Shown here: positions 26,575-38,800 of the stretch, piece by piece
How the letters are laid out: each line of letters opens with the position of its first letter
How positions within the stretch are numbered: position 1 is the first letter of the stretch
From: Octopus bimaculoides
Lineage: Eukaryota
Direction of reading: 5' to 3'
Assembly: GCF_001194135.2 (NCBI RefSeq)
Contig: NC_068989.1
Location: 3,402,915-3,466,914, forward strand
Length of the DNA stretch: 64,000 bases
Made by a program: the position numbers and the translations under genes
Notes under the pieces: model-generated
What the model was told of the DNA's origin: nothing
Database searches by the model: none
What the model saw: only the letters and a program-made list of their open reading frames with translations

Positions 26575-26990
26575 AAGTAACAGAGAACTGGTATGAACAT
26601 GTACCAAGTAAAGTTATGCAGGAAGATGGAAAAGTAATGATACTTTGGGACAATGATTTTCAGACAGATCATGAGATCATGTAATCGAACACTGTTGACA
26701 GGATGTTGTCATATTGAATGAGAGAGAGAAATACTGTCAGATCATTGATGCAGCCATACCAAATGACATGAATGTTGTGATTAAAGAGGTTGAAAAACAA
26801 AATCACCAAGTACTCCAAATTGAAAGTGGAAACGGCAAGATTGTATGGAATGCGAGAGGACAATGTAAAAGTGATACCAGTGGTAATCGGAGCGTTGGGC
26901 TCAATCCCAATGAAACTTCAAGACTTGTGAAATCAAAAATCAAATCAAAGTAAAAGCTAGTACATAGCTGGACTGGAACAGCAAGAATGA
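26575..26990 (+). mobile_element. R4/Dong-type (RLE endonuclease) LINE C-terminal fragment
   Basis: WYEHVPSKVMQEDGKVMILWDNDFQTD, LNEREKYCQIIDAAIPNDMNVVIKEVEK, KYSKLKVETARLYGM..VKVIPVVIGALGSIP. Confidence 0.85.
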
Positions 26991-27774
26991 AGAAAGAGGA
27001 GAGGATTTATACCATGTGAAATATTTTACTGAAAGACTGAGCTACAAATTGATGTAAAAAAACAGATCACTGTCCTCAGAAACATTCTTTATAATCAGAC
27101 ATTCTGTTGGACGATGACGTCTAAGCAAATCCACCAAATATCGTCAAGCTTTTGGTGTAAGATTAGATTTATAGCAATAGAACTTGTTGACTAAATATTA
27201 TCTGGCCACACCTTGCTCTGTTATTGAGCCATTTTATATGTGTATATGTGTGTGTGTATGCATGCACAGAAACACAAACACCCATACACCAAGGCTTTCT
27301 TTTTTTTGTTAGAAAAAATGCTGTATCAAGTTTGTTTTTCTTGTGATAGAAAAAGAGTTTGATGAATGTGCAAATTTTCAGTGATTGTGCAGTAAAGAAG
27401 TTTGCGCCCAAACCACATGGTCCTGCATTCAGTCCCACTACCAGGCACCTTGGGCAAGTGTCTTCTATTGTAGCCTCGGGCCAACCAAAGACTTGTGCGA
27501 GGATTTGGTAGACGGAAACTGAAAGAAGACCATTGTAGATGTGTCTTTGTTTGTTCCCCCCACCATTGCTTAACAACTGATGTTGGTGTGTTTATGTCCC
27601 CATAACTTAACGGTTCAGCAAAATAGACCGATAGAATAAGTACTAGACTTACAAAGAATAAGTCCTGGGGTCACTTTCTTCAACTAAAAGAAAACCTTAA
27701 AGGTGGTGCTCCAGCATGACCATATTCAAATGATTGAAGCAAGTAAAAGAATACCTTTTACACTTTTACCCTGA

Positions 27775-28045
27775 GCATGTAAGCAAAAGCACGGTATTGT
27801 AGTCACTTGTCTTTGTCTGTCTGTGTGTTTGCAAAATTACTGGAAAACAGCTGAAAGGATTTTCACCAAATTTGGCAGAAATACTCATTGGGTAAGTGGC
27901 TCGAAATGATGAACATTTGGTTTGATTATCTTCAAAACTGGGGGATGGGTGAATCAAAATGTTTTGACTGCAGATTTTTTTGCGAAAGAATTTATGCGCA
28001 TGCAGGATATGCATCGTTTTGGCATGTTCTTAGCACAAGAATCTA
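27775..28045 (+). mobile_element. Possible Helitron/Helentron-type non-autonomous element
   Basis: gtctgtctgtgtgtttgcaaaattactggaaaacagctgaaaggattttcaccaaatttggcag resembles HINE/DINE-1-like heads; termini not resolved. Confidence 0.4.
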
Positions 28046-28099
28046 TTACTAACACATAAAAACATGTATTATGTTTATTAAATATTACTTATCTCTCAC

Positions 28100-28203
28100 C
28101 GGATGGAGTACTTTTTTGTTGATCTTAATATCACGGAACAGCACAGACATACATATATCATTTGAACTGACCCTCGTCTACGTGTGTATAGATCATGGTG
28201 TAC
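28100..28203 (-). CDS. Candidate internal exon (104 nt, phase 0 to 2): VHHDLYTRRRGSVQMIYVCLCCSVILRSTKKYSIR
   Basis: gtgcttag|gtac...ccg|gtgaga; open only in the frame linking the 33.7 kb and 20.8 kb exons; acceptor modest. Confidence 0.3.
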
Positions 28204-29638
28204 CTAAGCACATAGACATGTGTGGGTACATACATACATACATACATACATAAATATATAGATATGAGACTGTGTGTGTGCGTGTGTGTAGTGATAGATT
28301 CATAGGTTTCGTTCATTTATGAGTTGATTTTTTAAATTCCACCAGGGTATGAAGAATCAATGAGGATAAGTCAGCACAAAGAGCCAGTGAGTTCAAGAGA
28401 GTATGAGCTAATAGGTGCAGGTGTGATTGTGTGGTAAGAAGCTTGCTTTCTAACCACATGGTTCTGGGTTCAGTCCCACTGCATGGCACCTTGGGAAAAT
28501 GTTTTCTACTGCAGCTGAGGGTTGACAAAAGCCTTGTGAGTGGATTTGGTAGATGAAAATTGTAAAAAGCCACTTGTGTGTGTGTATGTCTGCTCCCCAC
28601 TACTGCTTGACAATTGGTGTTGGTGTGTTTAGATCCCCTGTAACTTAGTGGTTCAGCAAAAGAGACCAAGAGAATAACTACCAGGTTTAAAAAAGAAAGA
28701 AAAAATACTGGAGTCAATTCATTTGACTAAAAAGTCTTCAAAGCAGTGTTCCAGCATGGCCACAGCAAAATGACTAAAACAAGTAAAGGATAAGAGATAA
28801 TGTGTTTTACTCTGAGCTAATTTAGCTGATCGATAAGGCCAATAGTGTGTTGCACTGTATTACATGCAACGCTGAGCTACAAATATAATGAAATGGATTG
28901 GAAAACAAAGCTACAATAGTTGATAGTTAAATCTCCAGGAAAAAGAGCCATGGTGTTATTTAATTGACTTGGAATTGAAAAATGCTAAAATACTTGGTAA
29001 TTTTCTCAAAAGCAATGCTTAATAGGAAGAATGTGAAATAACCAACGAACCAACGCCCATTGAATGCTTTTTTTTTTGTATTTTTAAACTGTAGTTTTGG
29101 GTGGAATAAAGGAAAACAATTGCATAATTATTTCTAGTGAGAGACAGCCAATAGAATAGGTTCTAATTTTAGAAGACATTGTTGTACTCTTTTCAGTGGA
29201 CATGAGAGAAGAAAATGGAGAAAAATGAATGATGTTCTGATGTAAATGCTATAAATATGGTCAAGAATTTCAGAGTGTATATCTTAGACTGATACAGAAC
29301 TTTCCTGACTAACAGGAGTCAGTGTTGACGATGTTATGAATGGTGGGGATGCTAATTGTCTTGATGTGGGNNNNNNNNNNNNNNNNNNNNNNNNNNNNNN
29401 NNNNNNNNNNNNNNNNNNNNNNNNNNNNNNNNNNNNNNNNNNNNNNNNNNNNNNNNNNNNNNNNNNNNNNNNNNNNNNNNNNNNNNNNNNNNNNNNNNNN
29501 NNNNNNNNNNNNNNNNNNNNNNNNNNNNNNNNNNNNNNNNNNNNNNNNNNNNNNNNNNNNNNNNNNNNNNNNNNNNNNNNNNNNNNNNNNNNNNNNNNNN
29601 NNNNNNNNNNNNNNNNNNNNNNNNNNNNNNNNNNNNNN

Positions 29639-29753
29639 AGAAGAAGAAGAAAAAGAAGAAGAAGAAAAAGAAGAAGAAGAAGAAAAAGAAGAAGAAGAAG
29701 AAGAAGAAGAAGAAGAAGAAGAAGAAGAAGAAGAAGAAGAAGAAGAAGAAGAA
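29639..29753 (+). repeat. (GAA)n-rich microsatellite abutting an assembly gap
   Basis: Direct; source of the poly-E/R/F/L ORFs. Confidence 0.95.
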
Positions 29754-30190
29754 AGGATGAGGAAAGGAAAGGAAGGTGACAAAGGATATTTTGACAAAAA
29801 GATGGTAAAAGAAGGAAGGGAAGAAGATGAAAGAAAACAAAACCAGGAAAAGATGGAATGAATGAAGAATGAAGACAGGAAATGGCAAAAAAGGGCAGAA
29901 TGAGGACAACAGTTGCAAATCGTGAACAAGTCTTCTCTCTTTCTCCAATCGACTGCAACCAGAAATTACAGGAACCAGGAGCAAGTGAACTGAAATGGTT
30001 TCAATGGGTATTGAACTCCTGTTAGAGTCTCAGGTTTTTGACACCACCACCGTCATCACTCTTCCAATTTTTGGTGCTTGTACACACCAAACATCATCAT
30101 TTTATTAGTTTTATATTTTTTACAGCAAAACCCTTTCTTAGAAAATTACTATTTTTAAATCTCACAACATGAGATATCCAGCAACAGTAC

Positions 30191-30554
30191 TTTGTAGTAA
30201 AGATCGTTTGCCAACATAAATAACATGGCAATCCTGGTTTAGGACGAATGTTACTGTAATTTAGCCCCAAGAGACATCGTCTCTAGCTAGCTATACAACA
30301 CGATCTGTGTCCTTATATTTTCGAACAAGTCAATCTAGCACCCCCACTCAGCTCTAAACAATATCCAGAAATCACGATACACAGATATTGTTTTGAGCTG
30401 AGTGGGGGTGCTACATTCCCTTGTTTGAAAATATAAGGACACAGATCGTGTCGTATAGCCAACTGGAGATGATGTCTCCTGGGGTTAAATTACAGTAACA
30501 TTCATCCTAAACCAGGATTGCCATGTTATGTTGGCAAACAATCTTTACTACAAA
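30191..30554. mobile_element. Foldback/MITE: ~175-bp inverted arms with an 18-nt spacer
   Basis: tttgtagtaaagatcgtttgccaacat...ctcagctctaaacaatatc (30191-30365) vs gatattgttttgagctgag...ggcaaacaatctttactacaaa (30384-30554); no clear TSD. Confidence 0.85.
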
Positions 30555-30958
30555 ATCCTTTTTGTTACAAACACCCAGATCAGGTCCCTGGTCTGAAGAT
30601 ATGCATATAAATGGGTACATCCTCCCTTCTCTCCCCTTCTTTCTCTGACCGAAGCAAGGGAAATTAAAGCATATTATACTTGATTCCAAAGTAAATACAC
30701 CCACAGCCTCTCCCCTCCCAGCAAAGACAATGCTAAATCACTATTGACTGACTTCTTTCTCCTGGGAACAATGATTTCTCTTTGCATATACTGACAGGGT
30801 ACAGACAGTGTGTCATTAGCCAGATGGAGGAGATGTCTTCCTGGGGCTATAAACTATAGTAGCATCGTCCCATATGGGTCAGCCATGTTTAGGTGGCAAA
30901 TATACTTCATGATGTCATGCTGCTACTGTTTATATCTCACTCAGAGATTTATTATTGC

Positions 30959-31000
<42 letters not shown>

Positions 31001-31490
31001 CTCCTGGAATTTCTAATTTAGTATTATACTTAGAAGAAGGATAGTTACATTAGTAAGGTGNNNNNNNNNNGAATTTCTAATTTAGTATTATACTTAGAAG
31101 AAGGATAGTTACATTAGTAAGGTGCTAGGCAGCCAGCATAAAAAAAAAAAAGAGAAAGGTTAGCAGTTTGCATGTCATTCCTCCTAACTAGTTGTAATAA
31201 AAGCTAAAGTACTTAACAATGAACAGACTACCACAGGGTAATATTACTGCTTACTACTGCAAACAGTGGCAGCTTTGAAAAACTGATAAATGACTTGTTG
31301 GGTTTTTTTAATGTTGAATTCAATTTCAAGAGAAGCTTAATTCACATCTGCTTTGAAATATGTCCACACCATCACACTCAACTCTATGTATACGATTCAT
31401 TACTGCTTGTCTGAGTGTGTAGCACTGCCCCCAGTTCGTACTGAAATGCTAAGTTACGAGGCCATAAAGAAACCAACACCAATTGTCAAG

Positions 31491-31533
<43 letters not shown>

Positions 31534-33687
31534 TGGGATTCCACAGTTTCCATCTAACTCACAAACTTTAGTTGGGCTAGGGCTATAGTAGAAGATACTT
31601 GCCCAAGGTGCAGTTCAGTGGGACTGAACCCGAGACCAGGTGGTTGCAAAGTGAGCTTCTTAACAACATAGCCATGCCTGCACTTTTTTTAGGTAAGCAT
31701 GGGAAATAACTCTGGATCTGTTTAGTTATATTCTGACCTCATTAGCAAAACATAGCTTATCAGCTCTACTTGCCTAAGTAGTAATGAAAGAATTACAAAG
31801 TAGATGTAGCACCTGTGCCTAGTGTCGCCTTCATGGCACTTGTGCCAGTGGCATGTGAAAAGACATTCGAGTGAGATCATTGCCAGTGCCGCTGGATTGG
31901 CTCCTGTGCAGGTGGCACGTAAAATACACCATTTTGCGCGTGGCTGTTGCCAGTACTGCCTGACTGGCCTTCGTGCCGGTGGCATGTAAAAGCACCCACT
32001 ACACTCTCGGAGTGGTTGGCGTTAGGAAGAGCATCCAGCTGTAGAAACTCTGCCAAATCAGATTGGAGCCTGGTGTAGCCATCTGGTTTCACCAGTCAAA
32101 TCGTCCAACCCATGCTAGCATGGAAAGCGGATGTTAAACGATGATGATGATGTACAAGATTGAACACTGGTTGGCATAGAAAAGCAGAAATGTTTAAAGA
32201 ATGAACAATTTAGAAATGCCGTCTTCATGAAAAACAATTAAGGTTGTGCTAAACATATTTATTGCATTACAATGCAACTTTAGTGCAATGACTTCTTGGA
32301 AAAGTCATATAATTTTTTTTCTCGTCTTTGTTATTATCATTATTATTATCAATTATTATTTTTTTTCAATTTCTGTTGTTGCTTCTTCCAAACTGACACA
32401 ACAACAACAAAACAAGATTGTTACTACAATAGTTATTACTACATCTTTATTGCTCAGATCAACTTTACCATTAATTGTTCTGAGATCAATAAAATAAAGT
32501 ATCAGTCAGTCGATTAAATTGACTTACCTCCAGCGAGGAGAAAAGCTACAATTAACTTCAGCTGGGTTTGAACTCAAACTGAAGATGGACAGAGCTATAT
32601 CGCGAAAGACATTTAGTTTAACTCTCAACAAGTTACAATATCCAACGGCCTTATTAAAAAATCGTTTATTTAATACATCTGATTTCAGTGTGTAGGTGGT
32701 TTGGTTAAAATGTAATATAATACAAGAACGACCTCAAAGGCCGACTTCTTGAAGAATGTTCACAGAAAATGAAATAGAATACTTCCATTTATCATATAAT
32801 CAACTTTTAGACACATACAACTGAACATGACTAAATCCATGTAAAATAAAGTTGTTAAAAAGTTTATCTAAGGATTCCTTACATATGCTCCACATAAAGT
32901 TTGTATTTTAAAACTAAATAAAATAATTTACTACGGAATCTATCTAATGATTATTTACATTTAAACACAAGCTCTTACATTTCAACTGCTAACCTCCAAA
33001 CAAATGAGGGCGATACTATGCAGCTGGTTGATCTTCTAGAAATAGCAGTTAAGTAATTCACTATCAGATCATATCCTGTCATTTTCAAAAAAGCAGGACA
33101 CATTGGGTAATATAGTTTCCTGACAAATATTTAGGACGGTCAGGGTAGCAATTCTATTGATCATAGGTTTGCACAGCCAGGACTGACCGCAAGCCTTTTG
33201 CTTTCGTAGCAGTATTTAATACACTGATATTATTCATAATAAAAAGTCTATAAAATAAATTATGACAAAGACATTATCACCACTATCATCATCGTTTACC
33301 GTCCATGTTTCATGCTGGTATCGGTTGGCTGGTTTCAGGATCCAATGGGATCCTGAAACTGCATTGTCATCTTCTGTCTGTTTGGCATGGTTTTTATGAC
33401 TGGATGTCTTCCATAACGCCAACTACTTTGCAGTGTGTACTGGGTGTTTCTTTTCATGCCACCAGCATCGGTGTAGTTGCCATGCAACTGGAAAGATGAT
33501 ACACTCTGAGTGAGGAGTGAGAACTTAAAGCTCAGAAAATAAGGAGTGAGTGGAAAGTATGAGAGAAAAGGGCCAGAGCAGAACAGGTTTTTGGCCAGAG
33601 AGGAGTAGCATCACTAGAGTCTATCGAACAATTTCTTACAGAAGCCTAAATCTCCAGATATAAATATTTCGCATTCATAAGTCTTAC

Positions 33688-33793
33688 CTTATCAAAGTTT
33701 TCATATTTTAAAGCTATTTTGTTAAAGAATTTATCAATTAATCTCTTAGATATGCACAAGACTTCAGATTTAAATGCATAGATACTTTCACAC
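33688..33793 (-). CDS. Candidate internal exon (106 nt, phase 2 to 0): xCESIYAFKSEVLCISKRLIDKFFNKIALKYENFDK
   Basis: cgtttagtttttag|gtgt...aag|gtaaga strong splice sites; a single open frame of 35 codons in AT-rich sequence. Confidence 0.5.
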
Positions 33794-34211
33794 CTAAAAA
33801 CTAAACGAGTAAAAGTTCATTGGATAATATAGTCCTAGGTAATCTTGCTTGTCCAACCAAATGGATGCTGATCATGGATTCACTTATGAAGGGGTCTCAG
33901 AAGGGAAGACAAGTTTACTTTTTGTCAATTCCTTACGGCTTTGGAATTGTTGTCTGATTGAGTCTCTTAAAAGTTTACAGTACAGGCCCTCAAATTTCCA
34001 AGAAGGTGGGTGTATATTAGTCAATTAATTAAATGTTAATCTAGAGGTTACTTTGTTGATACCGAGACAGATGGAAATTAAAATTAAACTCCAGTAAGAC
34101 CTTAAAATACAGCTGGAGGTAGAATCTAAATAGTGTCAAGAATTTAGTTTGGCACTCAATCAATTACTGTCTTTCCACCACCAGCAGCACCACCATGATG
34201 ATGCTGATGCT

Positions 34212-34242
<31 letters not shown>

Positions 34243-34894
34243 ATGATGGCAGTAGCATAAGAAAAAGAAAGTTTTTGCTGGGCGTTTCTAAGAATCAAAA
34301 ATTAAATCCAAGAACTCGCCAGCGGCACTTCCTTGCTTTTCATACAATGACCTAGTTTGTTATATATTTAGAACAAACATACTTGTGTGTGTGTGTGTAC
34401 ACACACACACACACACACACACACGTATTTATGCATGCATGTATGTGTATGTGGAATATAATCAAAATTAACAATATGATAAAAAAAATAAATTTGCACT
34501 CTCATGGGTGTATATAACAGAATTAAAGGGTGTTCTTTTTGTTGCTTATCCCCAGGTTAACTAAGATTGAGCAGAACCAGGAGTTTTTACATGGTCTATG
34601 TACACCAAAGACAACATTGTTTAAAGTGTCTGCCTCCTCTCTTAAGACAGTAGGGTGTAATTTGAGGGAGGCTTGCCAACTATTGCTAAAATAGATTTTC
34701 CATGTTAGTTAAAAGTCACATGATAATTTTAACAGGGATAAATAGATACACCTAAGAAAGGTAAAAGAAAATTAAAAAAACAACTATAATCTAAAATGTA
34801 AATAATTCTAATTTTTAGGACAAGGCCAGGAATTTTAAAGGGAGTGTGAAGTTAATGACATCAATTCAAATGTATATATGAATAAAGAAAGAAA

Positions 34895-35270
34895 AAAACT
34901 TGTTCAATCATAGAAATTGCAGGTCCGGATGATGACAGATTATCAGAAAGAGAAGACAAGTGAGACATGATTTGAAATGGGAAATTAAAATACTGGGATC
35001 GTTGAAGAAGTTGAGTGTTATATATCAGTTTTTATTTGAGCCCTGGGTACAATAAGTATGAAGGTCACAGACTAAATTGAAAAGATAGGGGTAAATGTGA
35101 AGATAGAGCAATCTACAGCGAACAGTGTTGCTTGGAACTGCACATACCATCCACAGAATTCTTGAAATCTGAATGAAGAATGTAACCCTCAGTCCAGTGA
35201 TTGCAGATAGATGATACTTTGTCGCATTCTCCAGCAAAGTTGCTGTGTTGTACAAGATAAAATATTAATC
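34895..35270 (+). mobile_element. R4/Dong-type LINE 3' fragment
   Basis: TCSIIEIAGPDDDRLSEREDK, LKWEIKILG, ALGTISMKV..IEKIGVNVKIEQ, VLLGTAHTIHRILEI*. Confidence 0.7.
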
Positions 35271-36296
35271 ATAAGGATTATGTTACTTTGTCACAAAATC
35301 ACAGAGAAAGGGGTGTATTACATGAGTAATTTATAAATACTGGGGAGTTTCCACAGAATCAATTATATTAATAAAAAGAATCCAGCATAGAAAACTAAAA
35401 CATATAAAAAAAGCAGCGGCGGGGCGGACTGTGTAAGGACCAATCAAGGAGCTACTCACATCAAGGGTTATACTACCAAGAGCAAGTGCCCCTTCCAAAT
35501 GTGTTCTTTGAGGCATGGCATATGCTGAGAGCAAACCCATTCACCTGAACTGATCCACCTTTCAGCAAATCACTTCTCTATTGGTGCCAACATAAAAAGC
35601 ACCCAATACCCTCTGTAAAGTGATTGGCATTAGGAAGGGCATCCACCCATAGAAACCTTGTGGAAACAGACAATTAGACATTGGTGCAGCTCTCCATCTT
35701 GCCAGCTCCTGTCAATCCATCTAACCCAAGCCAGCACGGAAAAACAGATGTTAAATGATGATGATGATTTGTAATAACAATAATAATATAATATTTATAA
35801 TGATAATTTCAAACAGAAACACATGACTACAAGTTTTTAGTGAGGAGCTATATTATCACCATCATCATTTTACATCCATCTTTTCATGGTACAATACCAA
35901 TGCATTCATTACCTAACATAAATTACTTTTATTGTTTTGGCAAGTGATCCAGCTATTTACAACATATCTGTGTCCGTTATCCATGTAATTAACTCATAAA
36001 TACATCTGTTAGAGCACTGGACTGAGACTCCTTATTGTCTGGTGAAAACGGCTTTTTTGATAATGTTTATGGAAATCATTTAAAAGAACAAATATATATT
36101 TCTATAGAACACAGCATAATTCAGAATACCCAGAATGTGTGTAATGTGGACAACTCTGCAGTTATTTCTTTGAAAGCTTTTAGCTGCAAAGACTGAAATG
36201 ATGTGAAAACATCATTTTGTTCTTGAATGTATTTCACTAGAATTATTATATGTTTACAAAGGCAGATAGACATTGACAGCTTACAAACCATGCTAC

Positions 36297-36339
36297 TCCA
36301 GACTGATGATGAGCAATGACTCAGAAACTAGTCTCTGGA
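36297..36339 (+). ncRNA. Intact type I hammerhead ribozyme motif (HHR-B)
   Basis: Stem I UCCAGA(36297-302)/UCUGGA(36334-39); CUGAUGA 36303-09; stem II UGAG/CUCA, loop CAAUGA; GAAA 36324-27; palindromic helix III ACUAGU; predicted cleavage after GUC (36333). Confidence 0.8.
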
Positions 36340-37028
36340 TGCTGGGTTAGCTGGAGGTGCTTCTCTCCCCCTTTGAGGTTGTTTTTAGATTTCTATGTTT
36401 GGAATAGATGTAGGTGTGAATATGTGGTAAGAAGTACCATTCAAGTGTGGTCACTGCCAGTGTTGTCTGATTGGCCCTCATGCCTGTGGCATGTAAAAAG
36501 CATCCACTACATTCTCGGAGTGGTTGGCATTAGGAAGAGCATCCAGCTGTAGAAACCTTGCCAGATCAGATTGGAGCTTGGTGCAGCCTTCTGGCTTGCC
36601 AGTCCTCAGTCAAACCGTCCAACCCATACCAGCATGGAAAGCAGATGTTAAACGACGATGATGATGATGATACATATATATATATATATACATTTATCAA
36701 TTTATGTTGCAAGATTCCTGATGTGAAAGCATGTGTTGAAACAGATATTGTTGTATTTCAGGATGGTCATTAAAAAATTTTTTTTTGTTTTTTTGCTTAA
36801 TAAACACACACACTATATATTTGTTCTCCACTTGTTTATTACTGTTCTTATTCTAACTCATGTCCACTGTCTGGAAATCTTTTGTCACACACCTGTGACC
36901 TGTTCAGCGACACTTTCTGTCCTCGTGTGTGCTCTTGCTCCACTTACTACATTCTGCTCTTCTATGATATGTATCCTTATGTGCACATGCATTTGTATCC
37001 GTTGTGTGTGTGTGTGTGTGTGTGTGCT

Positions 37029-37059
<31 letters not shown>

Positions 37060-37569
37060 GAAATCTTGAATTTAGTTCACACACCCCCAGTACTACCTTT
37101 TCAGACTAATCATAGCCTGGAGTGGATTTTCTTGTAAACAGACATAACATAACTTATTTTTTTAATCTAAATATTTATTTCCAGAAATAGACTCTTATTG
37201 CTCAGAGTTTAATATGTACTGTTGTTGATGCTACATTTTAAAAGTCAAAAGTAATTTTAAAATTTCCCAATGTCTTCCAGTGAGTTTGTTACAACCAGTA
37301 CACCATACACATACCATATAATTTGGCATCATTTTATTCTCTCTTATAACAATATAGAACAACATGATATTATGCCCTAAGGGAGAACCCATGGTTACTC
37401 CATTTTTTGTTTATATAATTTACTTAGTGGACAGCGAAAGATGCCCAATACATTTATAAGTTCTTCAATGTTAGCAGGTATCATGGGTAGTTTTGCTCAA
37501 AGGCATTTCTAGATATTTTAGAAAAGAAAACCAATGAAGGAAAGGAAAAAAAAAAAAACAACCTCTTAG

Positions 37570-37790
37570 ATGGTAATGTGTCTTTTGAAGAAATGGAAAA
37601 ATTATCCAAATAGAAAAGATCTGGATGAAGAGAAAAGCAGAATGTGGAAACTGGAGAGAGATGCATAATTAGGAAGTGCCCTGGGAAATACGTTACCACA
37701 ACACCAAGAGTTACGAACATATGCAAGATGCAGAAAATAGAACTGCTATGTGCTGCACAAACATTGCATAGAGTACTCTCGATATAATAG
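37570..37790 (+). mobile_element. R4/Dong-type LINE 3' fragment, highly decayed
   Basis: EMEKLSK*KDLDEEKSRMWKLE...ALG...MQKIELLCAAQTLHRVLSI*. Confidence 0.6.
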
Positions 37791-38205
37791 GAAATAAACA
37801 AAACTGAAAAAACACATATCCAAGGCCCATAGAGCTGCACTTAGTAATGCAGTGAAAGCAGGCAACAACACTACTACTACTACTACTACTACTAATAATA
37901 ATAATAATAATAAAAATAATCATAAAAATAATCATAATTATAATAAAAATAATAATAATAATAATAATGATGATGATGATTTCAATAACTGTTTCAAATT
38001 TTGGTACAAGACGAGGAATTTTGAGGGAAGGATTAAGGTTGATGACATCGACCCCAGTCCCTAACTGTTACTTTATCTGAGTGACCCTGAAAGGGTAAGA
38101 GGCAAAGATGACTTCAGCAAGATTTGAACTCAGTATGTCAAGTGACGGAATAAATGCTGCGAAGCAAGTTTTCCAATGCTCCAATGATTTTGTCAGCTAA
38201 CAGTC

Positions 38206-38275
<70 letters not shown>

Positions 38276-38380
38276 CAACAACAACCACAAAATTATTAAC
38301 ATTCTTTTTCTTACAATGTCATGTGTTGTGTAGGTCTTTCAAACAACAGGTTGCTACTTAGCTCACTCTTTTCACATATA

Positions 38381-38422
<42 letters not shown>

Positions 38423-38439
38423 CATAAATATACACATTT

Positions 38440-38800
38440 TCATGAGGAAATCAGACCATCTTCCTCACAGCTTCCACTTACATGACTCACCTACTTGAAC
38501 GAAATCACATGCCACTTTCCCACTCATAGCACATTGTCCATTTTCATTGCTAGCCCAAACAATCACAGGCATCTCTCCCGTACACAATGGTTGATGACTT
38601 TCATGCCTAGCCATTCTATTGGATTACTTGTGTGTGCTCCATCTATTGTGCATGTTAGCATTCCACATCATAAATATAATACTTATTTCATTTCTATCCA
38701 CATCACTCACATTCAGTACTCAAGTTTCAACCACCAAGCAGGAACACATTCTCATACTGCATCTGTACACAAAGATTTCACAAGAGAACCTCTATGCAGC
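38440..38800 (-). mobile_element. Decayed RTE LINE 3' region
   Basis: Minus-strand GGET*VLNVSDVDRNEISI...WNANMH resembles the HGSETW..RNE..RWMC segment also seen at 15.3 kb. Confidence 0.5.

Noticed and set aside
31007-31124. 54-bp direct duplication
   Set aside because: Identical copies flank a 10-N gap, indicating a contig-overlap artefact
37428-37477. Possible plus-strand exon (WTAKDAQYIYKFFNVS)
   Set aside because: Isolated, with no compatible plus-strand partners
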